A stretch of DNA of 64,000 bases from Polymyxa betae A26-41 (taxonomy: Eukaryota; Protista; Endomyxa: Phytomyxea), in the NCBI GenBank assembly GCA_003693705.1, contig RBZT01000633.1, forward strand, positions 1 to 64,000, in the 5' to 3' direction. The notes under the pieces were generated by a model. That model saw only the letters and a program-made list of their open reading frames with translations, ran no database searches and was not told the DNA's origin. The translations under genes were made by a program, and so were the position numbers. Positions 12,025-26,052 of the stretch are shown one piece after another; within the stretch, counting starts at the first letter, position 1, and every line of letters begins with the position of its first letter.

Positions 12025-15000
12025 TCATATGGTTTCTTTAGCTACTCGGGGCGTGAACTCGTCTACCGGCGCAGATCGAGGTCCTTTGGATTTCGCCGTC
12101 ATTGCTGATAGTTTAGCTTGCAGAGTGGCGATTTGTTTCTCCTGCTGATGAATCAGCTTCCGATGTCCATAGTTCTGCTGCCGGCTGATCTGTTTCTCGC
12201 AGAAGTCGATATCTCGTCTAAGTTCGTTGATTTCTGTGATCAGCTCTGCGTTATCCGCCATGATCCTGAGATTCGCTTTCTTATGGATTTGAACGTCCTT
12301 AGCGTGCTTCCGTCGCAGAGATTTGATCATTTTTTCAAGATAGGATCGCTGTCGTTCATGCTCCCGGTGCATATCGGATGTGGTTGAAGCCGTAGTCACG
12401 ACTTTGTCGTTGTGATAACGCTGATACACGGCCACGAGCATTTTCTTGACCATTTTCAGATCGTTGCCGTTTTCAGCTAGCGATTGCAGAGTGCAATGGA
12501 AAGCGCTGATAGCTTCTTGCGTTTGGTTGCTCCGATCACGCTGTTGCTGGAGTTCGCCTGTCATGCCTGCTAGTCGCAACTTAAGCTCCTTGACGTTCAG
12601 AGACAGGCTGTCGAATTCGGCGCGATAACGTTTAATTTCGGAATCCATTTCTTCTAGCTGCTTTTTCCTGCGCTCAATTTCCTGTTCACGAGGTTCGATT
12701 TGCCGTTTGAGTTCCCGAATTTTGTAATCAAGGACGAATTTGAACTTCTCCAACTCCTGGTTCTTCTTACGGAGATCGTTAATACGTTTATCTTTATCAG
12801 CTATCGTCGAACCTCGTTCAGTGATCTCTTTCTGGTATCCTTCAATGTCTTTTTCAAGGCCTCGAATTACTTCGTATAATTTCCGCTCGTCCTCTACCAT
12901 CGCCTCGATCTGTTCCTTTTGCTTTTTTATTCGACTCTGCATCTTAGCAAATTTTGCTTTCAAAACTCCATTGTTGCCGCTCAAAGACAAAGTCTGCTTG
13001 CGTTCTATTGCGAGCTTTGCATCATACGATTCTTTTAGTTCGTCTATCTCTTGATCTGCATCCTTCTCAACTACCCCCTTCGTTTCTTCAAATTCTTCGA
13101 TAATCACCAATTTCTCTTTCTCGATTTTAATTGCTTGTGCTCGTGTTGCTTCTAATTGTGTCTGGTACTCTTCGTCCATTTCGGCTAGGTCCTGTTTGTT
13201 CGCCTTTCCACGCTGCATCAATTCACGTTCCCGTTGTTGACGTTGCACTGCGAATGCAGCCTGAAAATAAATTGTTAGTATAAAGGTTCTTACGTCCCAT
13301 TCAGGGGATATGGCAGTGTTACCTGTAATTCTCGGTACCGTTCTTTCTCAGCCTTGAGACGTTTCTCCTGAGAAATGGCGAATTCCTGCATGGACTTCTC
13401 GTCCCTTGTCTTCAACTCTTTTAGAGCTTGACTATATCTCACTCCGAGCGCTGACTTCTCTTCTTCCAGCAGGGATAATTTCTGCTTTTCAGCTTTCAGC
13501 TCATTGTTGTATTTATCATGAAGAGCCCGGATTTGCTCCTGGAAGTTCAATTCCTTTAGCTTCGTTTGGTAATCATTGTGTATTGTCAACTCTTCGACCT
13601 AACGTTAGGCTTAGACTGACTCATCCACATAGAAAGTAAGATATCCATACTTTATCATTAAGCTCTTTTGCCAGCTGTACTCTCTCCTCCAGGTCGACTT
13701 TGCTGACCAACACCTAATTTTGCCTGTAAACTAACAGACTTGATCAGGGTGCAACACGAACCTCTTCAGCCCATGGAAGTTCGCGTTTCTCTCTTTTTAA
13801 AGCCATTCCGTTTCTTCCGTCACGAATCTCCAGCACACTAACAGAACCATCCTCACTGGCAGCAAAAAGCATCGTTTCATCAGGCGAAATCTTGATCGAA
13901 GAAACAGCACCTTTGCCGTTTGTTCAATAACGCCCAGTTATAATATGGGTTTTTACCTGAATGGATACTGTAGCTCTGAAAACTGTTTGTCAATGGCAGT
14001 TTAAAAACCCGTATTGACCCGGTAGAACCACCCAGAAACAGCATTCGTGAACCGCCACTTGATTTAATCGTCAAACGTGTCATGACAACATTAAGATCAA
14101 ATGCCGCTTTGACGCTACCCTATATGCAACGTTTATGGTTGAGACTAAGCAGGTCATTGATCGCCAACTTGAAATAGCTCACGTAACACCGAATCGTTGC
14201 CAACGGCGTAAATGTGTCGATCGGGAGCAATGGCCACGCTCGTTATCGTACAGTTTTTCTGCTCGAATTCCTGTAACCGATTTCCCGACGCCAGATCCCA
14301 TTCGATAATGATACCGTTGACGCCACCCGAAATTAAACCGCTGTCATCAGCGTTCCATGCAACGGAACGGATTTTTCCAGTATGGCCACGAAGATTCACG
14401 ACACTCTCAGCCGTGTATCTGTGAGGTACAATCAGAGGCAAGTTTTTAGCATTGGTGAGCATATAGGTACGTTGTGTATACAGCGATGGTGGTGCCGCTA
14501 GCAGCCGCGAAGTATTGCCCACCATTGCTAAACGCACACTCTCGACAATCTTTGATCGGGAAGTCTTTGAAAGGTTTTAGGCCGTCCATCAGCACGCTCA
14601 TCAATGTGAGTCGATCTGCAAACCCAACCAGAAGGATCAGGCCGCTTGGATGGAAGGCCAGGCTCAATGGAGCTTCGTCAAACTGTTTCACGATAGCGTT
14701 GGTGTTGTCGTCATAATTCCAGATTCGCACGCTGCAGTCGAAGGAACATGTGGCTATCAGCGGCTTTCTCGTGCAAACATCGAGAGCGGTAACCGCCGCC
14801 GAATGAAACTCCTGAGCGACCAACTCGAAGTTCATATCATCGGGCTTGAAGATGTCGATTTGTGACAAATTAAGCGTGTAGGCCTGGCAATTATCTAATG
14901 AGCAGACTAATGTCTCACCACTTGGCGATACATCCAGGTTGATTATCCGATTAACAGATTCGCCGATTCGAAACGTCTTGTATGGTCGATACCATTCCTG

Positions 15001-16228
15001 ATAAAGGAAATAAATAACCAGTAGCGCCAGACACTGTTAAATGAAATCGTAACCGCTAGCAAAACTGCATTTCATCACGCAAAGATCAGGTTTGATTCAA
15101 GTTGCTATCCGGTCAATACCTTTTCGCCTTCAGTTCTAGGATCCACATTATTCATCGTGTCTGTATGCGAGCTTTTGTCATCAACGCGTTCGAAGATGTG
15201 CACAAGACCGTCGTCACATCCGCAGACGAACCCTTTCGAGTAGACTGCGATTGAATAAATTGCATTTGCTTCCTTCGGCGTGCAATAAGTTCGTCGATGC
15301 TCGAGCGCTTCTAGCACGAAGATCTCTCCGTTATCAGCTCCGACTAAGCACCGATCGCCATCCCAGGCTATGCATTGAAATTCCATCGATTCTTTTTTGG
15401 CTTTGAGCGCCAAAGAGACCGGCTTGAATTCGTTCCCCTCGCATCGCAGGATCCGGATCAGGTTGCTGCCGATGACGACGACGACGCTGGGATCGGAGGG
15501 CAAAAACGATGCCGCTGTGATTCGGACGTTGACGCCGGTCGCCAACTTGACACTCTGCAGCGGGCGATTTTTCTCCCATAGCCAATTGATGAGTGCATAG
15601 TCTGGAGGCCCTCCTTGTGTCAGCATACACCTGGACACAGCAGGTTGGTAACATTATTCCGCAGTGTCCATTTCACGAGAAGGAAACGACTAATGATCTC
15701 ATCCAGAGGACCGACATGTGAGATAGCGTAAAAAATTGAGAAAGCAGTGGTGGAGTAACCCGCTCGGATCAATGCATTAAAAATATGAAGGGATTACCTC
15801 TGGTCTGATGAGAAGCACAGCGAGACAAACTGTTTCGATCCGCAATCGCTGCTGACAAGCGAAGCTCGGGTTCGCTTGAGGGTATGCACATTATAGACGC
15901 TGACGCTAGCGCGTTCACCACGCTCGGCAATAGCCACGTATTTGCGATCTTTGGGTGCTGTGGCAATCGCGCTGATGCCGCTTTCGCCACTGGCCACAGC
16001 AACTGGAGATGTCGCTTCTGTCCCATGAATGAATCGTTGCGATTTCGTCTCGACGTTGTAGATGACGATCTGGTTGCCCGCAGGATATATGAATACGGAT
16101 TCGTCCAGGAATCGAACATTCGAGGTGACATCGGAGGTGAGACCGAAGACATGCTTTAATGAAAGAAGGGCACCCGGACCCGTTGTCTGGGCATTTTCAG
16201 GAGCCTGTGCGGTCGAGAGCTCTGCCAT
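12025..16228 (-). CDS. CFAP57: Cilia- and flagella-associated protein 57 (WD40 repeats plus long coiled coil)
   Basis: LKHVFGL start, FHSAAVTALDVCTRKPLIATCS, FHPSGLILLVGFADRL, and the diagnostic LRKKNQELEKFKFVLDYKIRELKRQIEPRE. Confidence 0.95.
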
Positions 16229-16322
16229 CTGAATCGGTGAGGTCTGAAGTACAAGATGTCGATCATGATAACATCGTCACAGATGAATTAAATCTCCATG
16301 CCATACTATTGGTTGCTTCCAT

Positions 16323-16650
16323 CTAAATGGCACAGCCATGGTGAGGAATGTATTTCAATGTAAAAGCAAGCCGTTTGTAGCGTTTGTCATCAAGAAGACA
16401 ATCCTTGAAACTGGTTGACGTCAGGATCCGCCTTTGCAATACTGACTTCCCAGACGAGGTGCCCAGGTTGTGCTGCGATGTTGAATAAACAGTATTGCTC
16501 CAAATACAGCAGCGCCAGGTGGAAGGGATCGTCATTCATTGAGCTCGAACGTGAAGCATCCTCGTCGTAATTAATGAGCCTAACGTTGCAGCTATGAGCT
16601 CGTTCAAGGACTGCCGAATGATGCTCATTTGCCTCACTGAGCCTACGGGC
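16323..16650 (-). CDS. Possible small spliced orphan gene between CFAP57 and the LRR gene
   Basis: Open frame ..SSMNDDPFHLALLYLEQYCLFNIAAQPGHLVWE, then a 43-nt GT..CTGAC..AAG intron candidate, then DCLLDDKRYKRLAFTLKYIPHHGCAI*. Start unclear. Confidence 0.25.
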
Positions 16651-16811
16651 CTACACGCGCGACGACTTTTTAGCTGTTATGATCGCATTCGTAGCTAAAA
16701 TTGCAGTTGGTTCAAGGACGGTTTTAATGCAGCACATAACATATAAGTGCTGTGGCGTCACCTAATACTATAACGAGATTATCAGCAGACATCAAACTAC
16801 TCCCATATTTA

Positions 16812-18105
16812 TGGAATTTCTAGATATTGCACAAAAAAGAGTAGATATTATCTTGGATTCGATCGCTGGTTAAATTATCGTTTATGATATGTTTACCGAC
16901 TCGAAATTTGGAGATAAAGAAGCAAATAATTTGACAGAAGGTCCCATCAAACTATCTAAGAAATCATTCGCTTGGAATGATTCGCTCGTTGCTGAATTTG
17001 TAGGTAGCAATTCTCAGGCACTAACTCGATTATCGCTGTCACGGTCACCTCTCCTATCCGATACTGGTTTACTGAACATAGCCAAGAGAGTTCCCCTTTT
17101 ACAGATATTACATGTGGATGCAACCAATATCACCGATATCAGCATTTCCGCTATTGCCAAGCGTTGTCGGTTTCTAAGAGAGCTTGATATCAACAAATGT
17201 CGGTTCTTAACCGATAACGCCTTGATGGCAATCGTTGGAGGATGCCGGGAAATCAGAAAGTTAATCATTAGCGACTGTCAGAGCTTCACCGACGTATCCT
17301 TGATGAATCTTCGTTATCTTAAAAATTTATCTCATCTTGAGATGGATCACATTTCTCACGCTACTGACAACTCTTTAACCCATATTATTCGCTTTTGCGA
17401 TCTTAAATACCTCAGCGTCCAAGATTGCCCCTTAATCGGAGACCAATCGTATGGGTTATGAAAACAAACAGATCACAGTTCTTACTTTGGATTAGGATTG
17501 GAAAATTATCCTCTTTGAACCGGCAGTCGCATGGAATCCAGCATTTGCTGCTTGGCAATAGCGACATCACTGATGACGCGTTAACCCGCATAGCTTTAAC
17601 ATGTCACGAGCTGCAAACGTTAGATGTGACGAATTGTGGCGTCATCAGTGATGTATCAATTCTCGAGACGGCACATGGACTGCCTAGATTACGATCTGTT
17701 AGTGTTCAAGGATGCCCTCGTATATCTGATGCAGCTCTCATCGTCCTTATCAGCCAGCTCCAGTTTCTACAGACATTTAACGCAGGCAACTGCGACCGAC
17801 TATCCGATTCTTCATTATTTGCACTGGCTGATCATGCCAAGCAGCTACGACACGTTAACATCCAGGGCTGTGTTCGTGTGACAGATCGGGGCGTATACGA
17901 GTTACTGGATAAAGCCAGGAAGTTACAGGCCATAGGTCTATGCGGATGCTCATTGATTACAGACGAGAGCATCATATTCCCATCGGATGGCCAGCACCTA
18001 CCTTGTCTGACCTTGCTCGACATTAGAATGTGCCATCTGATCACATTCAGCGCCGTTCGCTATATTCGCCGGCATTTCCACAAAATCGTTGTGATAAATA
18101 CATAA
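16812..18105 (+). CDS. Cys-containing leucine-rich repeat protein (FBXL/AMN1-like LRR_CC); start approximate
   Basis: Many repeats of the type LxxLxIxxCxxITDxxLxxI, e.g. LRELDINKCRFLTDNAL and LRHVNIQGCVRVTDRGV. No F-box recognised. Confidence 0.88.
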
Positions 18106-18411
18106 ACCCATTGAAGCATGACTCCTACAGTACTCACTTTAAAGTCGGTTGGTAGTGCTCTTCATCCGTTATCACCATACACTTGCATTAAACCCTAATC
18201 ATTACAGTTGTCTTCCATGAGTTGAACTTGAACACTTTGTGTAATCGTGTAGTGAGAGAACTGGAGGCGCGGCCCACTCTCTCATGATCTGATCTGATTC
18301 TAAATAACCTGCCTAATTGTAGTTTGGCCGCTTGGATCAGGTTGTCGTTTAATCGGCGGCGCGTCAGAGCCGTCCAGCTGACGAGGCGCCTGATTTCACT
18401 AGATCACTTCG

Positions 18412-21400
18412 ATGGAAGAGCCGCTGTTTTCTCATTTTTTGGTTATTCGGCTAGCTAAAACTAGCGAATCGGGTCTGAATTTCGCGGTCAACGGTTTGTT
18501 TTGAAATTTGTTCACAGGTCGGAATAATTTGGAGCCGAAAATTCGGCTCTGTTTACCAGCCCCAGGACATTCAATTGACACCGTTCCTTTAGCGGTACCT
18601 CGACTTGCGTTTCCTGATCTAGACAGCTTTCGACTTAGCACCCGTATGGTTAGGTAGCACAGATTACTTGACATTGTAAGCTAATTCTGAGCGATTGATA
18701 GTGAAGCATTCAAGGAGAATTTGGGATCGTCTTGCTTTATGTTCTTCCGACGGCACTTGCATAACCAGAGTAAAAAACAAGATGCATCGAACAGCGAAGC
18801 AAAGAATTTGGAATGTCTTTGTTTGATTACAAAATTCGACCTACATGAGATCTTTGAATTTGTTATGCAGCAAATTCAAATAAGATGGTTGCTTTCTCCC
18901 CATTCTGTCCCGCCTTTTCTACTGTTTTTACTAAAACAGGTCACTAAAATTCCACCTCCATCTGGACATATTGCGCTTGCTTTGAGGCCTAATGCGGACG
19001 AACAAGGAAGCAACGAAAAGTCAGATTCTGAGTAACTCATGTCAGCATCAGCTGAAACTTTCCATAGTTTCTTACTTCATCGACCCAGCTTTGATCATAT
19101 GGGGGCACCTTCTGATGTTCTATTTGATTATCTTTCGATTGATAATGTAATGACTTTGATGTCGGCACTGCTTTGTGAGCAGCGCGTCATAATAACTTCT
19201 TCATCTATTACGACGATTTCGCAGTGTATCTATGCAGCTCGATCGCTTCTCTATCCTTTCAAATGGCATTATATGTTCGCATCCATCCTCCCAGGATCCA
19301 TGCTTTACCACGTACTCGCTCTACATATTTACCCACACTAATATTGACTTTATAACTCAGATGTTTGCAACGACGCCATTCTTAGTAGGCATCGTGAAAC
19401 GTGATATGCATGTCGTGTCAAAGCTTCCTTTGAATCCCACTTTGATAGTAGATCTTGACCATAATGCTCTTGAATCGATTGGAGAAGTATGTGCGCTGGA
19501 TTGTTAGCTCTTTCTACTCTGATTAAGGACCAGGTTGAATGCATCACCCTCCCAGGGATGGCAAACAAACTTCGAAGCAAGCTGGGACACGTCGCACCTC
19601 AGGGGGTTCTCAGTGATCGGTTGAAGAAAGGGTTAAATAATATTCTGGGGAAATCTCTAGACATGGATCAGATCATGAGTAGCAACGCCATCTATGCTTT
19701 ATGGATGACTTTCTACATTTTTACGTTTGGAGGATGGAGAAAGTGTGTAGGGAGCGCCCTTTTGCTGCTATTGATATTTAGAATTGTTTACAGATATATC
19801 GATGTCAATGTTTCTGGAGTGCATTCATTCAATACCACTAAATTCCTTGATGCTGCAAGAAACAGCTCTGAGGTTTGAAGACTTCTAAAGTCAGCTCCCT
19901 TGTTTGAAATCTTGTTATTCAGGATGAGTTCATTTTCTTCGAAAGATTTTGCCATACAAGGATGTTTTGTGTGTTTATTCAAGAACTGCTCAAGCACTCG
20001 CAGTCGTCTTTATCTGGAGACGCCAATGGTACGTTCGGCCGGCAACCATTACGCTTCAAAGTCTTGATATGCTGCTCAGACTTTTGCAGATTGTGTTCTA
20101 TTGTGGCAAGAAGAGATCCTTTAGATCAAAACCTCGGGTAATTCATTAGATATGTGATTTTTATTTATGACAATTGTATCAATTTTAGTTTCTACAACGT
20201 AATGGATGCGTTGAAGACTGAAATGTACCCAAGCCGAACTGGAAGAATAGCCTCTGCTGCAATGGAGTTCACGTCTTCTGGCCCGTCAACTTTCGATAGG
20301 AATTCTGCTCTATCGATTTTGGCGCAAGCGACGTTTTCATCTCTGGTTGAACTCGCTCGGTCTGCTATTTGTTTATGTATTCAATGGCCTTTGTAGGGAT
20401 TAAAGGAGATATTCAGCGTTGTGAAATACCGTTTGGGCGATTGTGAAGGACGTAGTTGGCGTCATGCATCTTTGACTTTTGAAATGCTGCATGCGTTGCT
20501 GTATAACGGATCAGATGCGGTTCTAACTGTTTTGAGGGATAATGCTTCCCAATTCTTGCAATTCCCGCAATATACTCACAAAGAGGAAGAGACGCAAGCC
20601 CTGGTAGCGCTCCAATTCTGTGTCTCACCCAGTTATTGATTGTATCTGTTAGGTCCGGAATCAAGCCGAAAAGCTTCTTAGAACCATTTTCGATTTATCT
20701 GAACAAGCCAACAGAAGATCCAGGAATTACTGTTGTATTCCGGATTCAGTTCTTTCCTTCAAGTACAAGCATCATTATTGTTGCCGTCCACGTTTTTTCA
20801 AACTGAATGCTTGTAGGGTTCGAACACCCTCCGTGGAACCGCAATCGACATGTGATCCAGCTTCTCGAAATGGGAAACAGATTCCTGTGCGTTCAAAAAA
20901 TTTTTTTTTTTTGGCTTTCAATTCTAATTGTCTTCTTCAGATCGGTTCAAGTCCATTTTCAAACCAATTAAAATTTACCAAAGAATTTCACAGTTCAGCC
21001 AGGAAGGCTCTTATTGAAAACGTCAATGATTCCTGGTTGAGGTATAGGGAAAAATCCATCATCAAAGGACGCTCTAGGATCTTCCCTAAGTTTGCCAAGT
21101 TACATAAGAAACTGTCAGCATTTATGCACTGCATGAGTAATCTCTGAAATAAGTGATATTTAGTGGTGTATCGGAACCAGGAACAACAACCATTGGGCTG
21201 TCCCAGTTTGAAGATTTGCTTGATTTGCAGTCCATATCAAATACTGTTGATTTCACGTCGTTGAGCTCTACTCTTCCTACTGTTCAAGGTAAACCTTTTG
21301 ACATTGTTTTGACGATTTCAATGACAATGCAAAGCTTCCGTTATTCCGTCGACTGACCTCAGTTGGCTTTCAACGGCAACCGCACCCAGCTCGCAGTCTA

Positions 21401-21531
21401 GTTCCAATAACGACTTCATGCTCGAATTTCTTGGATCTTCGACAGTTCTTAAAGACGGCTCTGATGTGCAGCAAAATAATAGTTCTGCGAAAGTGACACC
21501 TTTTGACCCGTTCGAAGGACTGTTCAAATAA
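18412..21531 (+). CDS. DENN-domain Rab GEF fused to an ENTH-like domain and an endocytic-motif tail
   Basis: MEEPLFSHFLVI (uDENN start). cDENN ALLCEQRVIITSS..SLLYPFKWHYMFASILP..TPFLVG..IVDLD. dDENN FSSKDFAIQGCF. ENTH-like KYRLGDCEGRSWRHASLTFEMLHALLYNGSDAV. Tail with DLLDL and DPF. Confidence 0.88.
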
Positions 21532-21630
21532 AGAATATATCTATATGTGAGCGATTCGATCGCAAGGGTATACCATACTAATTTAGCGTATGATGATCTA
21601 TTTTCTGACACAAACTGGGAACATTTATAC

Positions 21631-24600
21631 ATGACCTTGGAGCCCATTCGAGCTGTAGCTCGAATACGCCCATTGAATGATCGAGAGCGAGGTTCGGGAT
21701 GCATTCCGCTGATCGAGTGTGTTAGCCAAACCCAAGTTCGTGTCCGTCCCAATAACGTACTTGTTCGTCTCGTGACCTTTTTGCCAAAACCATTCGAACT
21801 GCTTTAGGGTGAAGACATCGGTAGCGAATTGGATAAAGAATTCGCCCTGGATGGGATATTCGGCCCATCTTCTACTCAAGATAGCATGTTTCGAGAATCT
21901 GGTATCCAACAGATGTTGAACCATGCCTTAGACGGATATTCAGCTACTGTCTTCGCCTATGGCCAAACCGGTTGTCATTGGCAATGATGTATCAACGACG
22001 ATAATTGACCGTGGGTAATACAGGCTCTGGAAAGACCTTCACTATGTCCGGAGACGAATCCCAATTCCAGGTTTCTATAACTTTTTTTACTTGTATGTTC
22101 AGTGTAAACGTGATCAAACAGAGTGGAAGATATCGGCCAACCTCAACGAGTGGCCTGATTCCGAGGTCGTTAACTTATTTAATCAATCGCATCGAGGCAT
22201 TACGGCGAGCAGACCCAACATCGACGTACACGTTGCATGCGTCGTTCGTTGAGATCTACAACGAAATGCCACGTGATCTGCTCAGTCCGGCCCTGAATGC
22301 TGGCAAATCCAACCTAGTTCTGCGTTTGGGCCAAGACGGCGCCTTCTTCATCGAAAATCAGATCGTCGTGGACTGCCAATCACACGACGACCTCATGGCG
22401 GTGTTCGCGCAAGGTTGCATTCAACTTGCTAAGGGAATTATCACTAACAGGCGTAGGGCACCGGAACCGGCATGTCGCTGGCCATTTGATGAACCGCGAT
22501 TCCAGCAGGAGTCACTGCATAATGACGATCATGATCAAGGTGGTCTCCTCAGGTAAGGATGGTGTTCAGAGTTTGTTTGGGTGGCTGCTCTCCACTGAAG
22601 TTGAAACGTTGCGACGTCTCATTGTTTGGCATGAGTTTGGCCGCTCGCTCTTGAACTGTTCTGGGATGGCTGCGCTGTCCCTTTCAATCTCCAATGCAGC
22701 CACCCTCATTTCCAACATTGATACAACATTGATGGCTGATCTATCAACCAGTAGACTCGTCGGTGACTTCTTTGGGCAAGGTGTCATTCGTGGACTTAGC
22801 CGGCTCAGTACGGTTCGTTTAGATAGTTTAAATACTCCATTGACAATTGTGGAAGGAACGAATACGCGATTCGAAATCGTCAGGAGAAGTGATGCTGCGG
22901 GAGACCTCGAAAATTAATCGTAGCCTGTTCCTGCTTGGGAAAGTGATCAGCGCCCTTAGTTCAAAAACGGTTTCTGGGTCACCTTGTCGAAATCGGCCTG
23001 GCAATTCCCACATTCCTTATAGGTGCCGTCGCCTGTCTCTGTCATAGACACCTGCAGAATCGCTAACTTTGGTTCAGAGATAGTCTGCTGACGAAATTGC
23101 TGATGGACTCGTTGGGTGGCTCAGGAAAGACCCTGATGATCGGTTTGATAGTTTCATTTTCTCCCTTTTCGGCGTGAATTTGAAGTGACTGGAATGTATT
23201 TTTTATGATACTAGAACGCTTATTCTGTTGACAAAGTGCATTTCTCGATTTTTGATTCCTGCTAAACAGCTTGTATATCGCCAGCCAGCCAGCATGTTAA
23301 GGAATCGCTGTCGACCCTATTTTATGCAACCAAAGCTCGGCGAATCCAGGTGAGCCTCATCAATCTTACCATTTGGGTCCTGTCGACAGAATTTAGCTAA
23401 TCTCAGCTTGATCAGAACTGCCCGGAGAAAAGAACGGAAACCGCAGCCGGCGTCGGAAACCCTGGTGATAAAGCAGCCTTGGCTGAGCTACGGCAGCAAT
23501 GTAGTCGACAGGAGCAAGAAATCCAGCGCTTGCGATCCATCTTGATCAGATATCAGATTGACCCAGTCCGCGACGGATCGCTGGAACCTTCGCTAGGTGC
23601 GGTTAAATCGCTATCGCCTTTACTCGCTGTTGTTGAACTTCGCTTAGACAGGGAACGAACAACAAACTCTTCGACGATGGCGGTCATGACGCGCCCCTAT
23701 GAACCTCGTCTGCGGCCGTCGTCCTTGTCAGAGCGTCTCCCGCCAGTCCCCGTAAGCCTTTTGCTAAGCCGTCTGGGTGGTCTTACTGGCACTGACCTGG
23801 GTTTTGGCAGCAAACGCCGCGATTCATGTCACCACCGCAGGTTACGTCAGCGCTCGGTGTCCAGATCCAGAGCCTGCTCCAGGAAAATGTAGTTCTTCCT
23901 TCGTAGCCTCTTTTTCATACTGTTCCTTTGACTCAGTTATTTGTTGTCGACGCTTCTCTTGTGTTTTTATGCTTTCGTGGATTGAGATCACTTTCGGATG
24001 GTAGCTGGGTTTCATGGTTTTCCGTTTTGTCACAATCTACATCCTTTTATAAATTCTCACAGCCCGGAAATGATTGTATCAATCAAAAGTTCTGATCTCG
24101 TTCAGGTCGGATTGCAAGGTGCCCGCCAAGAACAGGAGAAGAAAATCCTGGAAATTATCAACGAAAATGAGCGTTTGACCGAAAAAGTCCGCAATTTGGA
24201 GCGCATCTTCATCGACGACCAGAATGATCTTATGGTAAGCGGCTGTTCCTTGGTTGTCGTAAAGTTGCCCTGATATTCGCAATCGCAATGCTCGAGCAAA
24301 TGTTAAAACGTTTACGATCTTTTCGAAAACCGCCCACCGGGTGTTAAGTGGATTTTAGAACCGGAGAGGCACGCAAGGCAATTGTCAGCATCCAGCAGAA
24401 TCATTACAGGAACCGGCAACTGTAAACGAGCTGCTGGCTTTGCGTAGGTCTAACCTTCGCCTTCGGGCCGAGCTCGATAAACGCGACCGGTTCATACAGA
24501 CGCAACTGCAGTCAAAGGCAACATCATCATGCGATGCTGGCCATCCATGACATTTGCGGACCTAACCATGGCTGCTAATGTGAAGGCCGGTCTGTAGAAA

Positions 24601-24700
24601 TGTTCCAGACTATAGGTTTAAAAAGCTGATGCCACAGAATCAGCATCAGAAGATCATAGAACTTCTCAACCGGAAGACCATCATGTCATTGGCGAAATAA
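21631..24700 (+). CDS. Kinesin motor protein, KIF12/kinesin-16-like (multi-exon; 3' end at 24550 or 24700)
   Basis: IRAVARIRP, FAYGQTGSGKTFTM, SFVEIYNE, MNRDSSRSH, FVDLAGSER, INRSLFLLGKVISAL, HIPYRDSLLTKLLMDSLGG, then a coiled-coil tail. Confidence 0.92.
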
Positions 24701-26052
24701 TTGGCCAATGGCCTACAGACGCTACAGTATATAAACTGCATAGATTAGCATACATAAATAAAACTCTCACCTATGATCCTGTCATTAGTACGTCTTTGAA
24801 GAATTCGCTGTAGCCGAGCAGGTTTTACTTCGACGGTTCGATGCCGCTAAGCTTCCGGGACACATGGTTCGGCTGCCGGCATCTACCATTTAGGACCGCA
24901 TCTTCAGACTTAAGCAGCTACTTCAGACTCGTAGGAATTGATTTCTGAGGTGAAGTCTTCTATTTCCCAAAACGGCGTCATTCGGGATGCTACAGTAGTG
25001 CTGATTTTGAACCTATTTCTCGCGCCAACTAGTCGGCCTCTCGACCGGCCGTCTTCGTCCTCATCTGCGCCTATACAAACTTGATAAGGCTCAAACGTTG
25101 TACATACAATATTCAGATTTTTGAAGACTTAAAAAAAAATGATTCTCATAAGAATGTATCGGATGTCAGTTGTTTGCTCTCTTATAGCCCCATAGATATT
25201 CACAATATTCAATAGATACAATGGGTAGAGTTTATTCAGTGAAACCACATAAAGGTAAGGATGGATACTTTTTTGTTAAATTGGGCAATCATGACACAAA
25301 ACAAAGTTCTGGAGAATTCGTAAGATAACGCAGGCAATATTTTTAACCCCGACCAATTTAATACACAGTTAGAGTATTCGTCTTGACAATCAGTTGGAAA
25401 ATTTGAAGTCAATAACCGCATAAATGGACAGAGTCGTTCTGACCGAAGCGAAAATCATAATATTTAAGTGATAACAAAAAATGGTAATATTGCTTACAGA
25501 GATTGATAAATATGATAATGATAAACCTTATACGTATGAAGAAAGGAGATAATAGATATACCTCATGGTAATCAAAGTAAGAACTGTTTTGTAATCAAAA
25601 TTCGATATGATGACCCCTTCTCAATTAATGAAGCTACAGATATCGCATTTAAAATTGCATAATGATGAATCTTCTGAATTCGACCAAGATTGTTCAAACT
25701 TTAGTTCATGCCGATATCTCACAAGGAATCGCCTCATTGCTGATAGTAGTAACTTGGCTGGGTTTTTAGGCGAAAGCGTGAATAATGACAGCGCACTCAA
25801 CAAGGTTTTCGTTCGCAGTCGTATGTGACCATATTTTATTGACCAATGTTAGCTTGATTTTCAGGGAAATGTTATTTGTTGGTACTTTGTTTGATTCAAC
25901 CGCAATAGAGCTGCCAATATTGGAATGCGTTGACGGGAATTTGATAACGCAACAAAGCTTCATGCTGATGCCCTCTGATAGATGATGATCTGTGAGTGTG
26001 ACGACTGCAGTACAGACCAAGCTCATTATATCGATCTGGTAAGCAGCGAATC

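Noticed and set aside
7024-24700. GAS8, CFAP57 and kinesin as a ciliary gene cluster
   Set aside because: Ciliary genes are numerous in flagellated protists, and these are interleaved with unrelated genes, so chance proximity is sufficient.
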